Positions 1 to 8,595 of a stretch of DNA of 20,000 nucleotides are shown here, one piece after another. The notes beneath the pieces were generated by a model. The model saw only the letters and a list, made by a program, of their open reading frames with translations, made no database searches and was not told the origin of the DNA. The stretch is from an uncultured virus (IMG/VR IMGVR_UViG_3300035199_000776). Its lineage: Duplodnaviria > Heunggongvirae > Uroviricota > Caudoviricetes. The DNA lies in IMG/VR virus record IMGVR_UViG_3300035199_000776; one strand, given 5' to 3'. The position numbers were made by a program, and so were the translations under genes. The stretch's first letter is position 1; every line of letters begins with the position of its first letter.

Positions 1-356
1 ACTAAATCTACGTCAGAGTTGTCGTTTAACACTTCCACAAATTTCTCTATTTGATTGTAAGCTCTTTTATCATCTAAGTTTGCGTTTGTTATAAATTCAC
101 CAGAGCTATTTTCAATTGCATAATTCCAGCAACCATAGATGCCAGGGTCTTCCTCTAGCCTGTGGTATATGATATTACTATGTACCTTTTGAAAGTCTTT
201 GATAATATCTTGTTCATTGCCCGGGGATGCGCCGTCTACTATTATTAATTCGCAGTGGTCAAAATATGTCTGTTTTATCATGTCCTCAAGAAATCCTTGA
301 ATATGACTGTCTCCCCCATATAAAGATGTTATTATCGAAACTCTTGGACTATTCAT
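1..356 (-). CDS. Glycosyltransferase family 2 (GT-A fold), N-terminal part, truncated by the window edge
   Basis: Not in the ORF track; translated manually from ATG at 356: MNSPRVSIITSLYGGDSHIQGFLEDMIKQTYFDHCELIIVDGASPGNE...DPGIYGCWNYAIENSSGEFITNANLDD. This carries the GT2 hallmarks (VSII, ELIIVDG-S, G...N..I...GEFI, acidic LDD). Confidence 0.88.
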   Translation of the reverse strand, partial: MNSPRVSIITSLYGGDSHIQGFLEDMIKQTYFDHCELIIVDGASPGNEQDIIKDFQKVHSNIIYHRLEEDPGIYGCWNYAIENSSGEFITNANLDDKRAYNQIEKFVEVLNDNSDVDL

Positions 357-1191
357 TTAAATTATCCAAAACTGTTCCCACTATCTCGTCTTGTTTGTGA
401 CGCATATATTCGATAAGATCAGATCCCTTTTTAGAGAACCAGTCTTCATGAATAGCACCAATATTATTGGTGGTCTTAGTTTTCATCCCCATCATCCGGG
501 CCTCTACAACGATTCTAGATAGCGTCTCTGGGGTTTTAGGTAAGAAAACCAAGGTAGAATGACTACCCAAGTTACGCAAGAACGTAGACTCATCCGAGGG
601 CGGTATAAGTATATAGTCTAGTCCGAGTGTTTCGCAATATCGAACGGCCTCGTGAGTATTTTTGTGCGGTATGGGCGAATTCATAATTGCACATGTGTCA
701 GTTTTGGGTTGTTTGCTGATTTCTTCCAGCAAAGAAAAATGTTCTCTAGTCCACAAATTTCCACCCAAACTAATAATATTGTCAAGCTCTAAGTTTTTTC
801 TAACTATCTCAGCATGAAAATTACTCTGGCACAGCACTACAGTCGCCTTTGCATAAAATTCTCTATTAATAATATGCTTCTCGGGAACTTGATAGTTCGG
901 ATACAAATTCGGATTCCTACTGGTCAGATATTTATGATCATGTTCGTATATAATATAATTTCTATCTTGTAGTTTTTTTTTATTTGCTTCGGACAAATTT
1001 ACAAAATTTGAAACAATAATATTTTTAGGATGCGTCAAATCAAAACAATTAACCTGATGACTGTTAATTCGGCGGATACTATATCCCTGGCACTGGAGTT
1101 TATGTATTAATACATCATTGTTTATCTCTCCGCCGCCAGAGATCTGGTCTGCGAAGAAATCGGCTATAAAAAGTATATCAGCCAAACTCAA
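349..1191 (-). CDS. Putative glycosyltransferase (GT-B/GT4-like), 280 aa
   Basis: N-terminal GGGE loop; C-terminal P..PETLSRIVVEARMMG resembles the GT4 E-x7-E motif; lies within a GT cluster. TTG start is uncertain. Confidence 0.7.
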   Translation of the reverse strand: MSLADILFIADFFADQISGGGEINNDVLIHKLQCQGYSIRRINSHQVNCFDLTHPKNIIVSNFVNLSEANKKKLQDRNYIIYEHDHKYLTSRNPNLYPNYQVPEKHIINREFYAKATVVLCQSNFHAEIVRKNLELDNIISLGGNLWTREHFSLLEEISKQPKTDTCAIMNSPIPHKNTHEAVRYCETLGLDYILIPPSDESTFLRNLGSHSTLVFLPKTPETLSRIVVEARMMGMKTKTTNNIGAIHEDWFSKKGSDLIEYMRHKQDEIVGTVLDNLNE

Positions 1192-2425
1192 CTACACTAG
1201 AATTAAACTCTTCAAGTTGGCCGTTAACATCAATTGTTTCCGCATAGATCGAATCCACAAATAGCCGGTGTTGATTTTCTAAAGTAAATTCTTCCAAAAC
1301 CCATTCTTGCAAAACCTTGGCCTTTTTCAGCCATTTTCCACCTTTACGAACTTGGCGTATACGCTGTTTAAACGAACCTTCATGTGGAAAACACCACATT
1401 GAATCTGCCTGGATTACACCGTTCCACACGGCCTCTTGCTGGACCGGCCTGATGTCGTAATTGACCGGCAAGAAGCAGGGAGTTTTATCCTTGACAAGAA
1501 AACTCAAATGTCCGGACCAGTCAGGAGCCACAATAGGTTTGCCAGCTTGAGCGAATTCGAACAAGGGCAAACCAAAACCTTCACCGTGTGCAGTTGTTAC
1601 CATACAAGAAATCTTGGGATGATTATACAACGCAGCCATTTCTGATTCTGATAAATCTCCATGGAGAAGATATACTTTGCACTTCTTCTCATCTTCGTCT
1701 AGCTCCAAAGAATTGGCTATATATTTAAGCCGATTAACAGTATACTGTCTATCCATCTTATTATTTCTTCTATGACTAGTTTTAACCACAAGACCAACTT
1801 CCTGGTCCCAACACTCTTCTAGCCACCAACGAACGAGATTTTCTATATTCTTTCTTGGGCCCCATTGTCCAACAGTAAGATAATTGAAATCATAATCCAA
1901 ATCTAAATCAAAATTAATATCTGGCTCGATGCATCTTACTGGATATCCGACGACTTCGATTGGGGTTTGTAATCTAAGCTGTGCTGGAATACCATCTTGA
2001 TCTTGTCCGTCATAAATTGTATTTTCGAAGCCCCACTTTGCATGCTCAGAAACCACTATCACCTTATCCATTTCGTTTGCTTTTTGAAGCCATACGGGGG
2101 CGACTTTCGTTGTTTCGATTCCGGCCGTTACGCCAATATTGATCGGCGCGAGATCTTCCCACTCATTTGGGATTGATACTTGTATAGAAATATCAAACAG
2201 AAGCTTTTGCTGTATATAACTTTGAGTTTTGAGGATCTGTTGATCCATCCAAGTTCGAAATTCATCTACTTCTGTGAGCCAACCGGTCTGGCCCCACCCA
2301 ACAGGAATAATAAAAATATCAAATAAATCTTCACGGGAATGCAGGGCGCGAAGAACCATTCTTGCATGCTCGCCGTAACCTGATTGTGTAAGGCAAGGGC
2401 CCCTAACTAATACTTTTTTTCTCAT
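1178..2425 (-). CDS. Glycosyltransferase family 4 (GT-B)
   Basis: SGYGEHAR N-terminal loop, RKNI, HGEGFGLPLFEFAQAGKP (E-x7-E). Start moved from 2446 to ATG 2425, which has GGAGG just upstream and an ATGA overlap with the upstream stop. Confidence 0.9.
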   Translation of the reverse strand: MRKKVLVRGPCLTQSGYGEHARMVLRALHSREDLFDIFIIPVGWGQTGWLTEVDEFRTWMDQQILKTQSYIQQKLLFDISIQVSIPNEWEDLAPINIGVTAGIETTKVAPVWLQKANEMDKVIVVSEHAKWGFENTIYDGQDQDGIPAQLRLQTPIEVVGYPVRCIEPDINFDLDLDYDFNYLTVGQWGPRKNIENLVRWWLEECWDQEVGLVVKTSHRRNNKMDRQYTVNRLKYIANSLELDEDEKKCKVYLLHGDLSESEMAALYNHPKISCMVTTAHGEGFGLPLFEFAQAGKPIVAPDWSGHLSFLVKDKTPCFLPVNYDIRPVQQEAVWNGVIQADSMWCFPHEGSFKQRIRQVRKGGKWLKKAKVLQEWVLEEFTLENQHRLFVDSIYAETIDVNGQLEEFNSSVVEFG

Positions 2426-3693
2426 GCTACCTCCAAAAGTTCCCAAGATTTATATCCCTTTCTATTTTCCCAGGAACCGTAGCGTTCATGAACACTGTCC
2501 ATCAGTTCAATCCAAGATTTACAAAAATTCTCAAAATTATAGTTCTTTTCAATGTGTTGTCGGCCTCTTAAGCCCAATTCTCTTCTGTCTTCTCTTGAAA
2601 GGCTATACATCTTATCTAGCGCTTTAATAAAATCCTCTTTGGATACTCGGTCCTCATAAATAAACGGAACCTGCTGAGAGCCTATAATAGCCTTAGATGA
2701 AGGCTCTAAGCCTATACCAAACCAATTCTCTCCGTCCGTAACTTGTTCTTGTAAGCCGCCGGTCATATTTACAATAATTGGTGTTCCACAGGAAAGTGAT
2801 TCGAGCGTAGCCAAACCAAAACCTTCGGCATCTGAGATGTTAATTGTAACATCGGCTATATTATACATCGCTGCTAAATTACCCGGTTCAACCTTGGCTC
2901 TAGAAATAACTATACGGCCGTCTGCGGCTTCGAGATCTGCGATGATTGCTTCGAGATCTTGGCCGTTTGGATCTTTGGGGTCAGTATGCATAATTAATTT
3001 AACCTTCTCGGGTCCAATCTTTTCTGCCCACTCGTTGAACCACCACATCAAAGAACCAGACATTTTACGTCGGGCATTTCTATTGTTCCAAAAGCAAACA
3101 AACAAATCTTCTGAATCTTCACCAAATTGTTGGCGTCTAAAATCATTAATTTTTTCTTCGTCCAGAGGTCTAAAAATATTCATATCGACCGCGTGAGGAA
3201 TATAATGGCGCTCAACTGTTGGAGCAGTAGTGGCGACGATATCATCTGTAACTTTTGATATCGTCGCAACAACATCAGTTGATTCATATTTAACCCTGTT
3301 AAATGTTGGATATGGATAATTATCCCATACGTGGTAATATACCATGGGGATATGCGGCCGAATTTCATTTTCCATATCCCAAAGCCATTCAAAAAAACGA
3401 GGGTCAGTCATAAACCAAAGAATATCTGGCTTTTGTTGAACTAACATCGAACGTACCATATCTTGATTTCCGTAACCATCAACTGGGTGGACGATAAGAT
3501 CATCCCCATACTGTTCTGTTTTTTGGGGTTGGTAGTTATCGTGTTTTACCGCGCCACCAAAACATAAAAATTGATACCGGCCGGTGTTTAAAAGTGTTTC
3601 AATTATATACCTTGTTTGTGTCCCTACGCCCGATGGCGCGAAAGGATGGTCCGATATAACAAAAACCTTAATCTTCTTCTGCTGTTCGCTCAT
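2422..3693 (-). CDS. Glycosyltransferase family 4 (GT-B), 423 aa
   Basis: SGVGTQ loop, NRNARRK, YNIADV, AEGFGLATLESLSCGTPII motif. Confidence 0.92.
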   Translation of the reverse strand: MSEQQKKIKVFVISDHPFAPSGVGTQTRYIIETLLNTGRYQFLCFGGAVKHDNYQPQKTEQYGDDLIVHPVDGYGNQDMVRSMLVQQKPDILWFMTDPRFFEWLWDMENEIRPHIPMVYYHVWDNYPYPTFNRVKYESTDVVATISKVTDDIVATTAPTVERHYIPHAVDMNIFRPLDEEKINDFRRQQFGEDSEDLFVCFWNNRNARRKMSGSLMWWFNEWAEKIGPEKVKLIMHTDPKDPNGQDLEAIIADLEAADGRIVISRAKVEPGNLAAMYNIADVTINISDAEGFGLATLESLSCGTPIIVNMTGGLQEQVTDGENWFGIGLEPSSKAIIGSQQVPFIYEDRVSKEDFIKALDKMYSLSREDRRELGLRGRQHIEKNYNFENFCKSWIELMDSVHERYGSWENRKGYKSWELLEVA

Positions 3694-3700
3694 TCATTCC

Positions 3701-4462
3701 TCATGTACAATGTTTTGTTTTATAAAAAGGGCAATATTTACAAGATAGTCTATTCTTGAATACTCTTTTCTTCTCTATATTAATAACCGCATGTCGAAGA
3801 AGTGTCAAGGCATTATTTATCTTTTTTTGCCCGGTTGAAATACGAAATATCTCAACTTGGTTCTTCTTCGCGGTTCTTTTGAGCAATCCAAAGTGTGTTT
3901 CGATTTGCTCTAACGGGACATTATGCTTCTTGGCCCAAAAGCGTTTATATAATACTAATTGATAGCCGATAATCTTATCGGCCTTCTTGCGGGCGTCCCA
4001 GCCCCAAGAACAAGTTTTCCAGTCGATAATGTGATATTTCTCGTCTGGGGTTTGGATAATAAGATCGATATAGCCTTTGAGCTTAATATCAATATCATCG
4101 ACTTCTTCGTGAAGTTCTTCTTCTACTCCTATAACTTTGTACCCAGGGAAAGTAGCATCAAGCGCATCGGCAACCTTGTCGATTATTCCAGGTGCTTGAG
4201 CATACATGCTTTCATGTAGGCTTTTATCTATGACATCAGGTTTGAGCTTTCCAACTTCTTCGTTGAAAGCCTCTATAAAGTATTCCTGCCCTGAGATGTC
4301 TTTTTTCAGGGCGATATTTTCGCATACGCTATGTATAGCTGAGCCGAAGGCCGTATAAAGATTCCCTGTAAAATCTTCAAGGCCGTCAACGTATTTCAGC
4401 TTATGTCTATGCGTACACTCGTTCCAAAGCTTAAGCTCAGAATAAGATATGTAGTCACGCAC
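3701..4462 (-). CDS. PD-(D/E)XK exonuclease, Cas4/AddB-like, probably with an Fe-S cluster
   Basis: ISYS...C near the N-terminus, GSAIH, E, GYIDL, IIDWKT, QLVLY (RecB-type motifs), C-terminal CKYC...C. Confidence 0.9.
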   Translation of the reverse strand: MRDYISYSELKLWNECTHRHKLKYVDGLEDFTGNLYTAFGSAIHSVCENIALKKDISGQEYFIEAFNEEVGKLKPDVIDKSLHESMYAQAPGIIDKVADALDATFPGYKVIGVEEELHEEVDDIDIKLKGYIDLIIQTPDEKYHIIDWKTCSWGWDARKKADKIIGYQLVLYKRFWAKKHNVPLEQIETHFGLLKRTAKKNQVEIFRISTGQKKINNALTLLRHAVINIEKKRVFKNRLSCKYCPFYKTKHCT

Positions 4463-4791
4463 TATTCCTCCGGTGTGACGGAAACAGTTTTTTTCTTACT
4501 ACTATTATAACTTCTTTTCTTCGGTTTAGCAACAACTTTTTTTGGTTTTACGATTATTTTCTCGAATTTCCAAATACCGTCTTGAGAATAATCAGCAGAA
4601 TTGCTAACTTGTCCAGCACTTTCTATCAAACTATAATCTTTATATCCGTGCTCTCTTATATACTGTATAGCATCAGCATCTTTAAAAAGTATAACAGGAA
4701 TTCCCTGTCTTTTATGATAAACTCGACGAACTTCGGCGGAGACGATTAATTCAAGAATCTTTCCATTTTCAACTAGTTTCTTGCTTATCAT
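4462..4791 (-). CDS. Hypothetical protein with a Lys-rich C-terminal tail, 109 aa
   Basis: ORF in operon orientation, GGAG-containing SD upstream, overlaps both neighbours. Confidence 0.65.
   Translation of the reverse strand: MISKKLVENGKILELIVSAEVRRVYHKRQGIPVILFKDADAIQYIREHGYKDYSLIESAGQVSNSADYSQDGIWKFEKIIVKPKKVVAKPKKRSYNSSKKKTVSVTPEE
4504..4532 (-). promoter_or_regulatory. Candidate sigma70-type promoter upstream of the nuclease/glycosyltransferase genes
   Basis: Minus strand TTGCTA (4532-4527), 17-nt spacer, perfect TATAAT (4509-4504), about 40 nt before the nuclease start. Confidence 0.5.
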
Positions 4792-5053
4792 TCTCTTCTC
4801 CTTTCATAAGTTCCATACCAATATCGACATCAAGAAGTGCTTGCTTATAGCCGCGAATAAAATTCTCTTCCGCTATTGGTAGTAAAAACTCTGGAAAGTC
4901 TTTGGCGAATACTTCAATAATCATCTCAATTGTTATCTCGTTATTGTCTGGCTGTAATTTCTGCCCTACATAATCGATGATAAACTCTTTAAATGAATTT
5001 GTATTTTCGACCTTCTCTTTCAAAGAAGGATTTTCTGCTTCAATCTGACTCAT
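4769..5053 (-). CDS. Hypothetical acidic protein, 94 aa
   Basis: ORF with GAGG SD, 7 nt after the phoH stop; motif AEENFIRGYKQALLD. Confidence 0.75.
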   Translation of the reverse strand: MSQIEAENPSLKEKVENTNSFKEFIIDYVGQKLQPDNNEITIEMIIEVFAKDFPEFLLPIAEENFIRGYKQALLDVDIGMELMKGEENDKQETS

Positions 5054-5060
5054 TATAACC

Positions 5061-6422
5061 TCATAGTATTTTTGCTGCTAGTGAAGCAACATCTGAACGT
5101 TCACCCTTTTTGAGTGTAACGTGTCCGGCGATAGAGTGGTCTTTAAACCTTTCAACGGCGTGTGTAAGACCGGAGGACATCTCATTAATATAAATATTAT
5201 CGATTTGTTCTATATCACCTGTTAGGACAATTTTTGTCCCTTCTCCGACACGAGTTAATATGGTTTTAATCTCGTGACTTGTTAAATTTTGGGCCTCGTC
5301 AATAATGATATAAGCATTTGATATTGACCGGCCGCGGATATAAGTAAGGGCTTCCATTTCAATTAAGCCATTACCTAAATATTGATCCAAAGTTGTTTGA
5401 TCATCTCCTGTTAAAAATTTAAGATTATCTTGAACCGGGGCTAGCCAAGGAGCCATTTTTTCCATCATCGACCCGGGTAAGAATCCAATATCTTTACCCA
5501 TCGGCATTACAGGCCGAGAAACAACCAACTTTTTATATATTCCTTCTGGCGCCCAAAAAGTTTTAGCCATCTCTTTTATACTTGGGTTTGATACGACTTG
5601 TTCTAACCCTGCCGCTATAGCTATTAAAGTCTTTCCGGAGCCGGCCTTTCCGATAAGAGAAACAATTTTGATTTCCGGGTCCATAAGAAGATTAATAGCG
5701 AATAGTTGTTCTTTATTCCTCGGACGAATTCCCCATAGCCCATCTTTATATTCTGTTATTTTTTGTAATGGTTTCATGTGACTAGTATATCTACATAAAG
5801 CCGTCTTTTTTTCTGTAAGGTTAGAAACCAGCATTATAAACTGGTTCACATGCAAACGTTTGCTCTGTTCCTCGTCCAAGTAAACATATTCATCTGCGTA
5901 AAACTGATCAATGAACTGATCATCGACCAATACTTTTCCAAAGCCGCTGTATAGCTCTGATTCTTCTTTAATGATCTGGTTTTCTTTGTAATCTTCGCTT
6001 TGTATTCCAATCGCGTCACAAATAACACGCATGTTAATATCGCGACTGACAGCAATTGTTTTCCTATTCCCGTTCTCGATGTCCTCTGATAAGACAGTGG
6101 CGATTATGACATGGTCGGCGACCGTAGGATCTAGATCATGGGGAAGGAGCCGGTCATCGATACTAGTTCCACGAACCTTGAGAATGCCTTTTCCTCTTCC
6201 AAGTCTAACACCTTTTTGAAGACTTCCTTTATCTCTTAGTTCGTCAAAAGAACGGATAATCTTTCTGGCGTTGACCCCTACACTATCTTGTCTTTTTTTG
6301 TGTTTATCAATTTCTTCTAAAACTTTAAGTGGGATAACAACATCATTGTTACCATAACTATAAATACAATCAGCGTCTGTTAAGCAGGCGCTTGTATCAA
6401 GAACGTAGGTTTTCTTCGCCAT
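5061..6422 (-). CDS. phoH: PhoH-family ATPase with N-terminal PIN domain (PhoH2/YlaK-like), 453 aa
   Basis: PIN motifs VLDTS, VLEEID, D...SRDINMR; Walker A GKAGSGKT; SRP, IGFLPG, YIRGRS, IIDEAQN, GDIEQID, ERS. Confidence 0.95.
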   Translation of the reverse strand: MAKKTYVLDTSACLTDADCIYSYGNNDVVIPLKVLEEIDKHKKRQDSVGVNARKIIRSFDELRDKGSLQKGVRLGRGKGILKVRGTSIDDRLLPHDLDPTVADHVIIATVLSEDIENGNRKTIAVSRDINMRVICDAIGIQSEDYKENQIIKEESELYSGFGKVLVDDQFIDQFYADEYVYLDEEQSKRLHVNQFIMLVSNLTEKKTALCRYTSHMKPLQKITEYKDGLWGIRPRNKEQLFAINLLMDPEIKIVSLIGKAGSGKTLIAIAAGLEQVVSNPSIKEMAKTFWAPEGIYKKLVVSRPVMPMGKDIGFLPGSMMEKMAPWLAPVQDNLKFLTGDDQTTLDQYLGNGLIEMEALTYIRGRSISNAYIIIDEAQNLTSHEIKTILTRVGEGTKIVLTGDIEQIDNIYINEMSSGLTHAVERFKDHSIAGHVTLKKGERSDVASLAAKIL

Positions 6423-6425
6423 AAT

Positions 6426-6692
6426 CTACCATTTTTGTATTGATTCTGAAGGAACCCAAACTACTATATCATCTCTACCACTAACTAGTTCTAGATTAGA
6501 TATAAATGCTTGTCTTACAAATACGGCGATTAAGTCTTTCTTATTGCTTATCCATTTTAAAGGTCTTACTATAGCATCAGAGTTGAATATACCCTGATTT
6601 TTTTCACTAGGGCACCATCTATTAGATTCTCTTAACTCCGAGCCATAGCAAATAGTTCCCTTGGGAACCAGCTTGGTCCTAATATCTAACAT
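6426..6692 (-). CDS. Hypothetical protein, 88 aa
   Basis: Fills the gap between the cytidylyltransferase and phoH in operon orientation; no motif recognised. Confidence 0.55.
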   Translation of the reverse strand: MLDIRTKLVPKGTICYGSELRESNRWCPSEKNQGIFNSDAIVRPLKWISNKKDLIAVFVRQAFISNLELVSGRDDIVVWVPSESIQKW

Positions 6693-6712
6693 TTCATTTA
6701 ATGTTCCGTCTT

Positions 6713-7165
6713 TTATATATTACGGCAAATATTTTCTAATCGATCTCTTTCATAACTTGCGTTATCGACTAGAGTAGAAGAGCTTCTAACTTTGCCCCCT
6801 CCTACATTCCATAACATTTTTATTCCCAATCTTTCACATACAACTTTTTCTGGGGTGTTGGTGGCCAATCTATCGCCGCCATTAGCAAAATAATCAGGTC
6901 TATGCTGTTCCAAAGCAGCGCAGACAGTTCCGTCGCTGTCGTCGGCCGACACTACCTTCCATACTTCGGCATAACCCTCTATGATTTCTTTCCGATCTTC
7001 CCATGGTATGAAAACATAGTTTTTCTTTCGGAATAACCACGCATCCGAGTTGATCACAACGATTACTTTTCCGAACTTACTGGCTTCTTGGATCATTCTG
7101 AGATGCCCAACATGTAGTGGGTCAAACCCGCCGGAAACCATTACTGTCTTTTCTTTACTCGTCAT
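6713..7165 (-). CDS. Cytidylyltransferase-family nucleotidyltransferase (TagD / RfaE C-domain / RibL-like), 150 aa
   Basis: SGGFDPLHVGH (HxGH), NSD..L..KK, PDYFANGGDR, K..SSS. Confidence 0.92.
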   Translation of the reverse strand: MTSKEKTVMVSGGFDPLHVGHLRMIQEASKFGKVIVVINSDAWLFRKKNYVFIPWEDRKEIIEGYAEVWKVVSADDSDGTVCAALEQHRPDYFANGGDRLATNTPEKVVCERLGIKMLWNVGGGKVRSSSTLVDNASYERDRLENICRNI

Positions 7166-7341
7166 CTTTTCGCCTTTTCCATTAAGCAGTTCTGAACCTG
7201 CATTAGTTCTTCCATTCTGACTGGATCCATGGAATCAGAGAATATCGTGTATATTGTAACACTTGAAATAACGGAACCAAATACGACCCCCAGAAAGAAA
7301 GCCACATTAAAAGTTAAATATGTTTTTATAAATTTTAACAC
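7162..7341 (-). CDS. Small single-pass membrane protein, 59 aa (missing from the ORF track)
   Basis: GTG at 7341 gives MLKFIKTYLTFNVAFFLGVVFGSVISSVTIYTIFSDSMDPVRMEELMQVQNCLMEKAKR*. The stop overlaps the next ATG (ATGA) and there is one long hydrophobic segment. Confidence 0.7.
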   Translation of the reverse strand: MLKFIKTYLTFNVAFFLGVVFGSVISSVTIYTIFSDSMDPVRMEELMQVQNCLMEKAKR

Positions 7342-7381
7342 TTCAAAGTAACTAGTTTATTTTTAAGTAAAAAGTAAAGGA

Positions 7382-7721
7382 TGGAGGCGGCGGGATTCGA
7401 ACCCGCGTCCGCAGCAATTTCCGATTCAAGTCATCCACAGGCTTGTTTGATTTTTCTAAATCAATAAACTTGTTTGTTAAATCCTGTTACCTACAAACAT
7501 CAGCAACCCGGGTATTTTTTATTTTCGACAGAACCATCTGCTTATCTGGTATTGGGTTACAAGGCCACCAAAAGCCCCGTGATTAAGCCGCTAAGGCGAC
7601 AGATTCAAAGTGATTATTGTTATTAGCAATTATCGTTTTATAACAAGTTTAAAGTCATTTGTTATCGTAGACTGCCTGCACTATTCTCTTCGACTACCCC
7701 GTCGAAACCAAATGCGCCCCC
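7382..7721 (-). ncRNA. ssrA: tmRNA (SsrA), about 340 nt, one-piece
   Basis: 5' GGGGGCG pairs with 3' CGCCUCC-A, including G3.U70; 5' GGUUUCGACGGG D-loop analogue; T-arm GCGGG-UUCGAAU-CCCGC; internal tag ORF ending ALAA-stop. Confidence 0.96.
7583..7627 (-). other. tmRNA proteolysis tag reading frame: (A)ANNNNHFESVALAA*
   Basis: Resume codon GCT at 7627, preceded by AUAAUU; 14 codons then TAA at 7585-7583. Confidence 0.9.
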
Positions 7722-7730
7722 GTAAAAATA

Positions 7731-8198
7731 TTAAACTGTTATAGAGCCGGAGTTATATATAAGATAAGTAAAGGCTAGGGTCTGCCCGCCGGCGTTTTTG
7801 GTGCCGGGTGGATAAGCCATTCCTTCAACAAAAGTTGCTGCTGGTATCGTATAATCATTTAGGGGAGTGCTCTGGATCCCGACTCCTGCCACACCAGCCA
7901 AACCAGATGTTGAGGAAGAGACAGCACCTGATACCATCAGCGCGCCGCCGAGATTGCAAATTGTATACGGCTGTGCGTATTTGAAGGCAGTCCAATCTAT
8001 CGATCCGGTGCAAGGTGGGTTTTCCTGGTATACTACAACTTGGTTTACATTTGTTGGCATTGTAAATGTGCTGTCGCCATGAATATTAGCAGCAGAACAA
8101 TGCTTTGCGCCATCTATTGTTGTTGCGGTCAAAGTCGTTGTGGTTAGATTTGGAACTGTGCTTAAAGTAGTTCTATTTAGTTGATTTCTTTTGGCCAT
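7731..8198 (-). CDS. Hypothetical Thr/Ala/Gly-rich protein, possibly structural, 155 aa
   Basis: Strong AGGAGG SD; beta-rich, small-residue composition. Confidence 0.75.
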   Translation of the reverse strand: MAKRNQLNRTTLSTVPNLTTTTLTATTIDGAKHCSAANIHGDSTFTMPTNVNQVVVYQENPPCTGSIDWTAFKYAQPYTICNLGGALMVSGAVSSSTSGLAGVAGVGIQSTPLNDYTIPAATFVEGMAYPPGTKNAGGQTLAFTYLIYNSGSITV

Positions 8199-8241
8199 TT
8201 GTGTTCCTCCTATAGCGAGCCTTTCATAGTATATAGTCGAA

Positions 8242-8595
8242 TCAGCCGTTAAAAAACCGGTCTAGACCATATAATTTCTTAAGTTCATAGAACCTTACTT
8301 CTGGGAGCCCTATAAACGACATTGCTTCCTTTTGTGTCCTGGTGCAAGAGTAAGCAAATTTGAAAACTGCTTCTCTTACAATATCCGGTATTGCCTTCCA
8401 TATTGGTATACCGTATAATCGATTATTAACTGGTTTCACAGATAGTTCAAGTTTAAGCGCAATGAGGTCTTCGAGAGGCAAATTTGAGAGCATTATCTCA
8501 AACTCATCGTTTGATTTTCCCTGCTTTCGAAGAGCACGAGAAACTGAGTAATGTATATATTTGCCTTTATACGGCTTCTTTCTTTTCCACGACAT
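8242..8595 (-). CDS. Basic hypothetical protein with a possible C-terminal Fis-like HTH, 117 aa
   Basis: TQKEAMSFIGLPEVRFYELKKLYGL resembles the Fis/HTH_8 pattern. Confidence 0.65.
   Translation of the reverse strand: MSWKRKKPYKGKYIHYSVSRALRKQGKSNDEFEIMLSNLPLEDLIALKLELSVKPVNNRLYGIPIWKAIPDIVREAVFKFAYSCTRTQKEAMSFIGLPEVRFYELKKLYGLDRFFNG

Noticed and set aside
3701..4462. Cas4 as part of a CRISPR-Cas system
   Set aside because: No cas1/cas2 or array in the window; solo Cas4-like nucleases are common in phages.
7382..7460. A tRNA gene suggested by the T-arm GGTTCGAATCC
   Set aside because: No anticodon or D arm at tRNA distance; the matching acceptor strand is about 340 nt away with a tag ORF between, so this is tmRNA.
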